Assembly (NCBI GenBank): GCA_049971805.1 | Contig: JBMFKU010000014.1 | Location: 1-35,974, forward strand | Source of the DNA: Caldisphaera sp. | Lineage (GTDB): Archaea; Thermoproteota; Thermoprotei_A; Sulfolobales; Acidilobaceae | DNA: 35,974 bases | Direction: 5' to 3' | Part shown: positions 27,975-35,974 of the stretch, piece by piece | Layout of the letters: each line of letters opens with the position of its first letter | Numbering within the stretch: the first letter of the stretch is position 1 | Position numbers and translations under genes: made by a program | The notes under the pieces: generated by a model | Told to the model about the DNA's origin: nothing | The model's database searches: none | The model's input: only the letters and a program-made list of their open reading frames with translations

Positions 27975-28497
27975 AAGATTTTCCTACCTCTTCGGTTATA
28001 GGTCTCAGCAATTGATAAGTGTCTTCAAGGCTTTGAGGAACTACCTTGGTTCCACCAACAATCGTTATATAGTTTGAATCCCCTTTCCATCTTGGAACTA
28101 CATGTATATGTACATGCCCAGGTACTCCTGCGCCTGCTACTTCTCCAATATTAACACCTATATTAAATCCCTCTGGCCTGTATGCCTTTCTTAGTGAAAT
28201 TATAGAAACTTTAATCATTTTTCCTATTTCATTCATCTCTTCGTCATTTAAATCCTCCAGAGTTGCAACATGCCTAAGTGGTGCTATCATTAAATGTCCA
28301 GAATTATATGGATATTTGTTTAACATAATTAAGGAATTTTTACCCTTACATAATACAAATGCCTCTTTCATATCCATCCTTTGTGCCTTACAAAATATGC
28401 ATTCATTATTTTCTTCCTTCTTTTCTGTTGTATCCTTTATATATGTCATTCTCCATGGAGCCCATAAATTACAATACCATGGTTCTGGCCAGCTCAA
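27961..28497 (-). CDS. HIT family protein (Ap4A hydrolase/phosphorylase type)
   Basis: LWAPWR..YI, CIFC, NKYPYNSGH and HVHIHVVPRW.GD. Confidence 0.93.
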   Translation of the reverse strand: MSWPEPWYCNLWAPWRMTYIKDTTEKKEENNECIFCKAQRMDMKEAFVLCKGKNSLIMLNKYPYNSGHLMIAPLRHVATLEDLNDEEMNEIGKMIKVSIISLRKAYRPEGFNIGVNIGEVAGAGVPGHVHIHVVPRWKGDSNYITIVGGTKVVPQSLEDTYQLLRPITEEVGKSYGLC

Positions 28498-28507
28498 TTT
28501 TAATCAC

Positions 28508-29176
28508 CTAAATTAGCCTACCTGTAATTAGTGCTAGTGGTATGCTTATTAATATAAACACTAAAAAAGGAAGTCCTGGCTGCACCCAAATTATTTTATT
28601 TAAGTCTCCTTTAGATTCTAATAGTATAGTTTCATGCGGATCATCGATTGATATATTTTTTGTGCTTTTTTCTGCAAAATACCATTTATACTTATCGTTG
28701 TTTATTAAATCTATCCCTTTTATAGGGGCTGATGTAAGGCATTTTCTTTTATATATCTTTGCTTTTATGCATTCGCTACTCGTCAAAAAAATCCTTGTTG
28801 ATAACTCTAATATAGCACTATATAATAATATCAGAAGTATTGGTGGCAGAAAACCTCCAAATGGATTTATTGGTAAAGAAAGGGCTAAAAAAACTGATGC
28901 CCATAAGTCTCCTCCACCAAGATGGCCTATAAAGTGGGCAATAACTATACCTAATATACTCAAGATGCTAATTAAATAGTAAATTATTAAAGTATTTAAT
29001 GGATAATAGTAATAAAATGCTATAAAAGATAATATGAGACCTACTTTAGAAGAAAAATACCAAATGTATATCGGTACCTCTCTATATTTTATATCGAGAT
29101 AAGAAGTTATAGAAAATATTACTATTAGTAAACCTACTATAAAGTATTGGATTTCTTTAGCTAAGTATACTATCAA
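28508..29176 (-). CDS. Prepilin/pre-archaellin peptidase (A24, PibD/FlaK-like)
   Basis: SYLDIKYREV and GGGD catalytic aspartate motifs, C-terminal WVQPGLPFL and multiple TM segments. Confidence 0.82.
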   Translation of the reverse strand: MIVYLAKEIQYFIVGLLIVIFSITSYLDIKYREVPIYIWYFSSKVGLILSFIAFYYYYPLNTLIIYYLISILSILGIVIAHFIGHLGGGDLWASVFLALSLPINPFGGFLPPILLILLYSAILELSTRIFLTSSECIKAKIYKRKCLTSAPIKGIDLINNDKYKWYFAEKSTKNISIDDPHETILLESKGDLNKIIWVQPGLPFLVFILISIPLALITGRLI

Positions 29177-29216
29177 TTCAATCCCTGTTATTTAAAAATT
29201 TTTATAGTTTTAAAAT

Positions 29217-30197
29217 TTATTCTTCTGCATCCCTAACTCCGTATTCTGTTATTGCAAATACAGTTTCTCCTTCAGGTAGGTGAGGGGCGTCAACAATTCT
29301 TGCTATTCTTTTATTACCTCTGCTTCTTTTAAGCTGAACCCTTACTCCGGGTGCATGGCCAACTATGTTACCTCCAACAGCTGATGTAGGATCTCCATAA
29401 AATACATCTGGTCTGGACATAACTTGATTTGTTACTACAACAGCTACATCATAGATTTCAGCTAGCCTAATGAGTTGGTGTAAGTGCTTGTTTAATAGTT
29501 GCTGTCTAAGGGCTAAATTTTCTCTACCAGGAAATTCGGCCCTAAAATGGCTCGTTAAAGAATCAACTATTACTAACTTTACATTATCCTTTGATAGCAT
29601 GTCAAATAGTTGATCAACAATGGCCATTTGATGATGGCTGTTTACTGCTCTAATCCAATATATGTTTTCCATAACTTTATCTGGATCTAAGTTTAATCCC
29701 CTAGCTATTTGATCTATCCTTTCCCATCTAAATGTACCTTCTGTATCTATATAAACAGTCTTACCATTTAACCCACCCTTATCTTCAGGTAATTGTACAT
29801 TAACTGCTGCTTGGTGGCATATTTGTGTTTTACCTGTTCCATACTCACCAAAGAATTCTGTCATATCTCTTGTTTCAATTCCTCCCCCTAATAAGTCATC
29901 AAGGCTTTTACTACCTGTGGTTATCTTATGTACATTCATCCTCTCCTTTTTGAGTTCTAGTGCTGTTTTAAATTTAATATCAAGAGTTTCTCTGGCTGAA
30001 CTAACTATTTTTTGGGCTGTTGGTAATGGAATTCCTGTTATTTGGGCTATTTCTTGTGGTGTTGCAACGGCTATAGCTTCTATGCTTGTATAACCTGACT
30101 CAATTAATTTTTGTGCTGTATTTGGACCAACACCAGGTAAGTCTGTAATATCCTTTGGTTTCTGTTTAGCTTCTTCTTTTTCATCAGACACATTCAT
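29217..30197 (-). CDS. radA: DNA repair and recombination protein RadA
   Basis: N-terminal HhH LPGVGP, FKTA polymerisation motif, [21 protein letters not shown] and DAPHLPEGE. Start taken at ATG 30197 after a G-rich SD. Confidence 0.97.
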   Translation of the reverse strand: MNVSDEKEEAKQKPKDITDLPGVGPNTAQKLIESGYTSIEAIAVATPQEIAQITGIPLPTAQKIVSSARETLDIKFKTALELKKERMNVHKITTGSKSLDDLLGGGIETRDMTEFFGEYGTGKTQICHQAAVNVQLPEDKGGLNGKTVYIDTEGTFRWERIDQIARGLNLDPDKVMENIYWIRAVNSHHQMAIVDQLFDMLSKDNVKLVIVDSLTSHFRAEFPGRENLALRQQLLNKHLHQLIRLAEIYDVAVVVTNQVMSRPDVFYGDPTSAVGGNIVGHAPGVRVQLKRSRGNKRIARIVDAPHLPEGETVFAITEYGVRDAEE

Positions 30198-30359
30198 TAC
30201 CCCTACCATTTTTATATATTGTTGCAAAAGGCTATAATTCTATGTTTTTTATACATTGTTAAGCTCATGTTATTAGGTTAAATAAATTTCTATGTGATGA
30301 TAGAGAGACCTGCACGAATGTATTAATAATAGGATCAAAACTAATATAATGGTGAGAAA

Positions 30360-31784
30360 TTGAGACTATTAATGATTCATTTAAAGGATATAAAATACTG
30401 GGCTGTTGAGAAGGCAGTAGAGAACACACCAGATCCCCCAAGTAAATTTGAAGGAAACGAATGTGTTGCAGGATTTATTAGCGTAGAAGAAGACGACTTA
30501 CCGCAACTAGCAAAGGAAGCAGCAAATGAAATAGCTCAGCATGCAATGAGATTCAAGTTAAGCTGTGTTGTTATTTATCCATTTGCTCATCTATCTTCTA
30601 GTTTGGCTGAACCTGAAAGAGCCATAAGTGTTTTAAAAGCTGTAGAAGAAGAATTAAAAAATATGGGATTTTCAGTTAATAGAGCTCCTTTTGGATGGTA
30701 TAAGGGATTTTCTATAACTTGTCCAGGTCATCCTATGTGCGAGTTGTCAAGAACTATTACATCCCCTAAGGGGCCTTTCTTTATACACAATAATGAAGTC
30801 ATTTCTTTGCAAGAAGCAATTTCTAAAGGTTTAATAGAGAAGGAAATAATTCGTGGTAATCCATGGGATAACGAATCAATAGGGACCCAACAAAAAATCG
30901 GTATAACATCTGATGGAATTGATTTTAATGGACAATTTGTCATTGATACATTTCTAAAATGGCTAATAGATAAGTTTAACTTGATTAATGTAAATACGGT
31001 TCCCAGTAATTTAAATAACTCGTATGGAATTGATGGATTAGCATCTTTTATTAGATCATGCTTAGACAAAGGCAGGTATATAAAGGATGAAAGCATTATA
31101 TTAGCAGGCAGTATTCCTGGCTCCAATATATTAATTGTTCCAAAAAAGCTTGAATTAGACCCGTTTAAGTCAATATTAAATGAAATAATGGATGGTTTTA
31201 AAAATGATGTTATAATGCTTGTTTCCAGTTCAAAGGAACTATTTAATATACCCTATGATATAGACTATGAATTATCTGTATTTTTATATAAAACTAGAAA
31301 TAATGGAATGGTAACATTAGGGGCTTCTGGAAAGGTAAGAGATAAGGAGATAACATGTTTAGGGCCTATGAGAAATATAATTTCATCCTACATTGATTTT
31401 GGCTTGAAACAAGCAGATAAAGGGATTACACCCTATTTGCCTTTTTGGTTAATGCCATATCAAGTAGCAGTAATACCGGTTAAAGAAATGCATGAAAAAT
31501 ATGCCAAAGAAATATTGTATGAGCTGGTTCAAAAAGGAATAAGGGCATACTTGGATCCAGCTAATAAAAGCTTAGGAACTAGAATAAGAGTTGCAGGAAA
31601 ATCATGGGTTCCAATAATTGTTGTAGTTGGTGATAAAGAAGTGGAATCCAATACAGTAAATATTAGAAGAAGATGGCAACAAGGATCTCAAGAAGTATTA
31701 CCTCTTCAATCATTTTATGATGAGATTCAAAGCTTAGTTTCGCTAAGTCCAATAAATAAACCTCTCAATCCTCCAGTTTCTTAA
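30360..31784 (+). CDS. Free-standing threonyl-tRNA synthetase editing subunit (ThrRS-ed)
   Basis: MRLLMIH, YPFAHLSSSLA, RAPFGWYK and GHP..E.SR (archaeal editing domain), plus C-terminal anticodon-binding domain P.LPFWL.P.QV.VIP. Class II catalytic motifs are lacking. Confidence 0.92.
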   Translation: MRLLMIHLKDIKYWAVEKAVENTPDPPSKFEGNECVAGFISVEEDDLPQLAKEAANEIAQHAMRFKLSCVVIYPFAHLSSSLAEPERAISVLKAVEEELKNMGFSVNRAPFGWYKGFSITCPGHPMCELSRTITSPKGPFFIHNNEVISLQEAISKGLIEKEIIRGNPWDNESIGTQQKIGITSDGIDFNGQFVIDTFLKWLIDKFNLINVNTVPSNLNNSYGIDGLASFIRSCLDKGRYIKDESIILAGSIPGSNILIVPKKLELDPFKSILNEIMDGFKNDVIMLVSSSKELFNIPYDIDYELSVFLYKTRNNGMVTLGASGKVRDKEITCLGPMRNIISSYIDFGLKQADKGITPYLPFWLMPYQVAVIPVKEMHEKYAKEILYELVQKGIRAYLDPANKSLGTRIRVAGKSWVPIIVVVGDKEVESNTVNIRRRWQQGSQEVLPLQSFYDEIQSLVSLSPINKPLNPPVS

Positions 31785-31917
31785 TTGGTGTATGAAAAGT
31801 ATTTTTCTTGCAATTGGGACAATATAAGTAAATAGCCTTCATTTTATTTAATTCAAAGCTTGCAGGAAATACCCATTCCGTTTTGCATTCCTGGCATCGT
31901 AATAACCATTTAGTCAT
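31765..31917 (-). CDS. Small zinc-ribbon protein (50 aa), absent from the ORF track
   Basis: MTKWLLRCQECKTEWVFPASFELNKMKAIYLYCPNCKKNTFHTPIKKLED has two CxxC pairs; GGAGG SD lies before ATG 31917. Confidence 0.85.
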   Translation of the reverse strand: MTKWLLRCQECKTEWVFPASFELNKMKAIYLYCPNCKKNTFHTPIKKLED

Positions 31918-32135
31918 TTTTCCTCCCATTTAAATTATTTTTATTCGGTTAATTAAACTTTAGCTAACAAAAATAAAAATTTATATTTTAATAAATATTA
32001 CTAAAAAATTTTTAATTTTTAAGTAAACTGAGTTCCTAATAATACTCTACTAGAACTTTTATTTTAGAACAATTCACTTTTTAAAAGTAAAAATTTAAAA
32101 ATCCCGATGGTATTATAATTTAAATAGTGAGAAAG

Positions 32136-32306
32136 ATGTCGTCTAAACTCCCAGCTGTAAAGGTTAAGGATCCCACAACTGGTAAGGAAGTATCATTAAC
32201 ACCAATTAAGGTTTGGACTCTTGCCCCTAAGAAAGGTAAAGGGGTAAAAATAGGCTTATTTAAGAGCCCAGAAACAGGAAAATACTTCAGAGCAAAAGTT
32301 GAGTAA
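32136..32306 (+). CDS. creN7: Chromatin protein Cren7, absent from the ORF track
   Basis: [56 protein letters not shown] carries the Cren7 signature KVW.LAP...[16 protein letters not shown]. Confidence 0.96.
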   Translation: MSSKLPAVKVKDPTTGKEVSLTPIKVWTLAPKKGKGVKIGLFKSPETGKYFRAKVE

Positions 32307-32483
32307 ATCGGATAAAATCTAAAATTTATTTTTATTTTTTTAATTAATTTTATAATATAAATTTGCATATGATAATTTTTACTAGCAATTTTATATTAAT
32401 AAGCAAAAATTATTTCCAAAGAAGACATTGATAAAGCAGATATAATTTTTTGTTTGTAAAGTATTAGTTTTGTTGTTTCTTTA

Positions 32484-33386
32484 TCAGACCCAGTCTCCAT
32501 TTTTTATAGCTAATATTATACCATCTATTGATTGCATTAAAAATCCGTTGGTTAAGAACTGTATGTTTGCGTCAACAGCATATTTAAAATCTTCGTCTTT
32601 GTTATAAATATCTTTATAAATCTGATCAATATCTTTATTTTCCCTTAATGATTCCTTTACTGTATTTAGCCAAAGATTAGCCCTTTCGATACCTAAATTT
32701 AAATATTTCATCGCTTCTTCATGTATTCCATAGTGAGTAGGTGCAATATAAACTGGAGAGTACTTTTTCATTTTTTCAATACTTTCTAGGTATGTAATAG
32801 GTTTGAATGGTGCAGGACTAGTTATAACATAGATTTTCTTTTTGCTAATAGTAAAAATTGCTCCAGCAGAATCACCGCTGAACAAAATTTTTTCAGGATA
32901 TACAATAATGCTCATATGATGGCTTGCATGACCTGGCGTATGAACAAATTTTATCCTATGTTTACCTACAATAATTTCTTGCCCATCATCTGCAGGTATA
33001 ACCCTATTAGGATCAGATGGTATAGGTTTCCCATAAGACTCTGTTAGTAATTTTGAGAACTTAATGGCAGCATCCCACAATTGAGATGGGTCAACAATAT
33101 GTTTGACCCCTTTTGGGTGAATATACGCAATTGAATTTGGATAATCCCTAAGTAAAAAACCTGTAGATCCTGCATGATCTAAATGCACATGTGTAGCTAT
33201 TATAATATCTGGTCTCAAATTTAATTCATGCAACGCATCATTTAATTTCTTATATTCATTAGCTGGTCCAGGCTCTATCAATGTAATCTTATCATCAATT
33301 AAAATAAATGATGATATAATACCATTTAAATTAAATGGAGTTGTATCAACAACATAGAAGTCCTCAAACCTTTCGTATTTTACCAT
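32484..33386 (-). CDS. Metallo-beta-lactamase fold hydrolase
   Basis: EPGP, THVHLDHAG, TPGHASHH, FSGD and PTHYG. ATG 33386 follows GGTGG. Confidence 0.9.
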   Translation of the reverse strand: MVKYERFEDFYVVDTTPFNLNGIISSFILIDDKITLIEPGPANEYKKLNDALHELNLRPDIIIATHVHLDHAGSTGFLLRDYPNSIAYIHPKGVKHIVDPSQLWDAAIKFSKLLTESYGKPIPSDPNRVIPADDGQEIIVGKHRIKFVHTPGHASHHMSIIVYPEKILFSGDSAGAIFTISKKKIYVITSPAPFKPITYLESIEKMKKYSPVYIAPTHYGIHEEAMKYLNLGIERANLWLNTVKESLRENKDIDQIYKDIYNKDEDFKYAVDANIQFLTNGFLMQSIDGIILAIKNGDWV

Positions 33387-33435
33387 AAAATCCACCAAAG
33401 ATTAAAATAAAATGGGGATTAATAAAACTTGTTTA

Positions 33436-33999
33436 TTAAAAATTATTAATGACATCAGATAATTTAGATGCAATCATATGGGCAACCCTTAAAGGTTCTG
33501 GAATTCTAGAGTAATGCTGCAATGAGTTTATTATTAATTTTGCATCATCATTGTTAACTCCCCAGTTAACAATGTATAGAATTCCTTTATTGGTTTTTAT
33601 CTTTTTACTATTTTTAAGTATTGATAATATTTTTTCTCTTATATCACTATCACCAAAATTTGGAATGAGCGCACTATTTATTCTGCTTAAAGAGGGCTTA
33701 TAATTATAAATTACTATTGAAGGAAAGCCTGTTAGTTTGTACAAACCTGGCAATGAGATCAGATTAAAACCTGCTATTGTAATAGAATCTAATAGTACTA
33801 TACCTTTATTATTATTTGCTATTTCCTTTATCATGTAGGATAATATAGATGTTGCATCTAATCCATCAGTATGAACATAGTTTAATCTTATATCTACAGG
33901 CCATATTTCATTATATGATATACAGGCAACAAGAGTTGATCTCTGATCAAACTTTTTTACCTTACCATCATCACATGCTATTATTTTTTCCATTGGCAT
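33436..33999 (-). CDS. DUF99 family protein (endonuclease V-like / endonuclease dU)
   Basis: ACDDG, DGLDAT, LDSITIAGFN and PEPLRVAHMIA; overlaps the cdc6 3' end. Confidence 0.88.
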   Translation of the reverse strand: MPMEKIIACDDGKVKKFDQRSTLVACISYNEIWPVDIRLNYVHTDGLDATSILSYMIKEIANNNKGIVLLDSITIAGFNLISLPGLYKLTGFPSIVIYNYKPSLSRINSALIPNFGDSDIREKILSILKNSKKIKTNKGILYIVNWGVNNDDAKLIINSLQHYSRIPEPLRVAHMIASKLSDVINNF

Positions 34000-35206
34000 C
34001 CTTATATGCCTCGTTTATTACATCTCCTAGCATAGGGTCTTCCTTTAATGCCTGTAAAATTGCATTTGTGTCAGCGGCTAAAGATATAACTCTTGTTTTT
34101 CCATATCTTCCTCTACTAATGATTCTACCAGTAATTATACCAAGCATATCTAATTCGCTAATTATTGAACTGATTCTCCTTAATGTAACCTCTTCTAGTC
34201 CAAGAGATGTAACTAATTTTTTATAATATTCATAAATTTCTCCCGTAGTTACATAGGTTTTTCCCAAGCTTGTTCCTACTAAAATCGATGCCATAACTAG
34301 CTTTCCATGCAATGGCAATGTTTTCACCACATCGCTTACTCTATCTCTTTCTATTTCTAATCTGGCTTTCATAACTTCTTCATTTGTTACTCTATTTCTA
34401 TTATTTCTTTCAGCAATCTCTCCAGCAATTCTTAATAGGTCTAATGCTCTTCTTGCATCTCCATGTTCTCTAGCTGCTAATGCTGAACATTGTGGAACTA
34501 CATCTTCATCTAATGCATTTTCAACAAATGCATCTTTTGCTCTAGGATATAAAATATCTTGAAGTTGTTGAGCATCATAAGGAGGAAAAACTATTTCTTC
34601 TTCACTCAAACTACTTTTTACTCTTGGATCTAGGGATTCAATCATCTTAACACTGTTTGTTATCCCAATTATCGATACCTTTGATCTTACTAATTGCTCA
34701 TTTATCCTAGTTAAATTATATAACAAATCATCTCCATATTTTTTTACTAAGAAATCGATTTCATCTAAAACTATTATAAATATTCCTTCGATATTGCTCA
34801 TTTTTTTAACAATTCTATTATACACTTCTCCTGTAGATAAACCTGTAAATGGAATTCTCATGTTAAAATACTCAGCAATATCTGCTAAGATTCTATAAGG
34901 AGTCTCTCTGTGCCTTACATTAGAATATATATATCCTACTCTTATTCCTTTTTCTTTTGCATTTTCTTCTAGCTTTCTCAAAACATATTTTGTTACTGCT
35001 GTTTTCCCAGTACCAGTAAGACCATAAATAAAAATGTTACTAGGCCTTTCAAATCTTAAAGATGGCGATAGTGTAAGGGCAACTTTTTTTATTTCTTCAT
35101 CTCTATGGGGTAGTATTTCGGGTACATAATCAGGTAATAATACTTCTCTTTTTTTAAATACTCTTGGCTTAATTGCTGAATTAAATATTTCGTCAATGTT
35201 TGACAT
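33971..35206 (-). CDS. cdc6: Orc1/Cdc6 replication initiator (Orc1-1 type)
   Basis: LPHRDEE, YGLTGTGKT, VLDEID, LDPRVKSSL, GDARRALDLLR and winged-helix SRGRYGKTR. Confidence 0.96.
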   Translation of the reverse strand: MSNIDEIFNSAIKPRVFKKREVLLPDYVPEILPHRDEEIKKVALTLSPSLRFERPSNIFIYGLTGTGKTAVTKYVLRKLEENAKEKGIRVGYIYSNVRHRETPYRILADIAEYFNMRIPFTGLSTGEVYNRIVKKMSNIEGIFIIVLDEIDFLVKKYGDDLLYNLTRINEQLVRSKVSIIGITNSVKMIESLDPRVKSSLSEEEIVFPPYDAQQLQDILYPRAKDAFVENALDEDVVPQCSALAAREHGDARRALDLLRIAGEIAERNNRNRVTNEEVMKARLEIERDRVSDVVKTLPLHGKLVMASILVGTSLGKTYVTTGEIYEYYKKLVTSLGLEEVTLRRISSIISELDMLGIITGRIISRGRYGKTRVISLAADTNAILQALKEDPMLGDVINEAYKDANGKNNSM

Positions 35207-35218
35207 TTTTCCACCTGA

Positions 35219-35230
35219 TCCAGAGGAAAT
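35219..35230 (+). promoter_or_regulatory. ORB/mini-ORB-like Orc1 binding site overlapping the cdc6 5' region
   Basis: TCCAGAGGAAAT matches the ORB core TCCAG.GGAAA. It lies 12 bp from the cdc6 start codon and has no G-string. Confidence 0.7.
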
Positions 35231-35647
35231 AATAATAAAAAAGGATTTAAGAACTGTTAACCTTTTAATGTCAATATAGTGTTATTTATCCCTCTTTATA
35301 TGTTTTATTGCATTGTTATTTATCTCTTCGATAGACTATTATGATCCTAGATTAATTCATAAGTTTATAATTACATTCATACGACATTTATTTATGAGGC
35401 TGCTTAAATAAATCTATAATTTTTAACATATTTTAATAAAAATTACAAAGATAATTTTATAAAATAAAATTATAAATATTAATAAAGCTGAGATGTTTAT
35501 GTGCTAAGATAAAATTTTTATGTGACTATAAGACTTGAAGGAAAATGAGCAAAGGAAAGTGTGTTTTATTTAATCAAGTAAAAAATTTTATAATTAAACA
35601 GAAAAATTTATATATTTAATTATTTAAAGAGCAAATTGTGATGTGTT

Positions 35648-35974
35648 ATGGAAGGCAATAAGGGTATAGGTTTATTAGACAGAATGTTCAACTTAAGTGC
35701 TTATAATGCAAGGCCGAGAACGGAAATAATGGCAGGAATAACCACTTTTTTAGCCATGGCCTACATATTGTTTGTAAACCCATCAATATTAACATCAGGA
35801 TTTGAATATTCAATGAGTTTAGCAACAGGGATGCCCTTATCAGATATATCGCAACAATATCCTGCACTTATTCAACAGGTTGAATTAAGCTTTACAGTTG
35901 CAACAGCATTAGCTGCAGGAGTTGCATCCTTGATTATGTCCCTATATGCAAGATTACCATTTGCATTAGCACCA
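35648..35974 (+). CDS. NCS2/AzgA-type purine permease (partial, runs off the window end)
   Basis: MEGNKGIGLLDRMFNL...RTEIMAGITTFLAMAYILFVNPSIL...YARLPFALAP. Confidence 0.93.
   Translation, partial: MEGNKGIGLLDRMFNLSAYNARPRTEIMAGITTFLAMAYILFVNPSILTSGFEYSMSLATGMPLSDISQQYPALIQQVELSFTVATALAAGVASLIMSLYARLPFALAP

Noticed and set aside
30294-30344. Possible second box C/D sRNA (GTGATGA...CTAA) between radA and ThrRS-ed
   Set aside because: The C box is good, but there is no CTGA D box, no convincing D'/C' pair and no clear guide target. The region is a divergent promoter.
32120-32368. 82-aa minus-strand ORF in the track
   Set aside because: It is the antisense shadow of cren7, which is on the plus strand.
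4241-34226. Numerous 60-145 aa ORFs antisense to or inside longer genes (e.g. 4241-4492, 7248-7556, 8823-9125, 14474-14836, 16544-16885, 23762-24091, 28542-28979, 30728-31126, 33849-34226)
   Set aside because: They overlap well-supported conserved genes on the opposite strand and have no recognisable motifs, consistent with shadow ORFs.
35207-35647. Firm call of a complete replication origin (oriC)
   Set aside because: Only one ORB-like core without a G-string is visible, so it is kept as a hypothesis in the findings.
1-35974. CRISPR array, tRNA/rRNA genes, provirus or defence island
   Set aside because: No regularly spaced repeats, GC-rich structural RNA blocks, integrase, cas or recognisable defence genes were seen.

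Overview
AT-rich chromosomal segment of a crenarchaeon (Thermoproteota). The assignment rests on Cren7, a free-standing ThrRS editing subunit, RadA, Orc1/Cdc6 and NAC. The low GC content and gene order suggest an Acidilobales/Desulfurococcales organism such as Caldisphaera, which is inference only. Most of the window is intact housekeeping DNA: HAD phosphatase, beta-CASP RNase, NAC, dUTPase, PfkB kinase, split LysO, DedA, FAH, aldo/keto reductase, rubrerythrin, gcvT, gatCAB, PhoU, a COG1031-type radical SAM protein, TerC, aspS, Lhr, DHH, HIT, prepilin peptidase, radA, ThrRS-ed, DUF99, cdc6 and a partial NCS2 permease. The first ~7 kb is decaying. It holds a probable IS200/IS605 end, a chimeric pseudogene (membrane protein fused to the panB 3' end), an APC permease split at an (AT)6 tract and a TauE/DUF1634 deletion-fusion pseudogene. 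The ORF track missed a clear box C/D sRNA with a 23S rRNA guide (3709-3768, minus), Cren7, a 50-aa zinc-ribbon protein and a single ORB-like site at the cdc6 5' end. I saw no CRISPR array, tRNA, rRNA or defence system, and I cannot support a wholly new multi-gene system. The best uncharacterised leads are the HhH-GPD-like protein with its RHH/DedA neighbours, the CX7CX2C radical SAM gene in the aspS-gatCAB run, and an AspRS lacking the usual non-discriminating signature.
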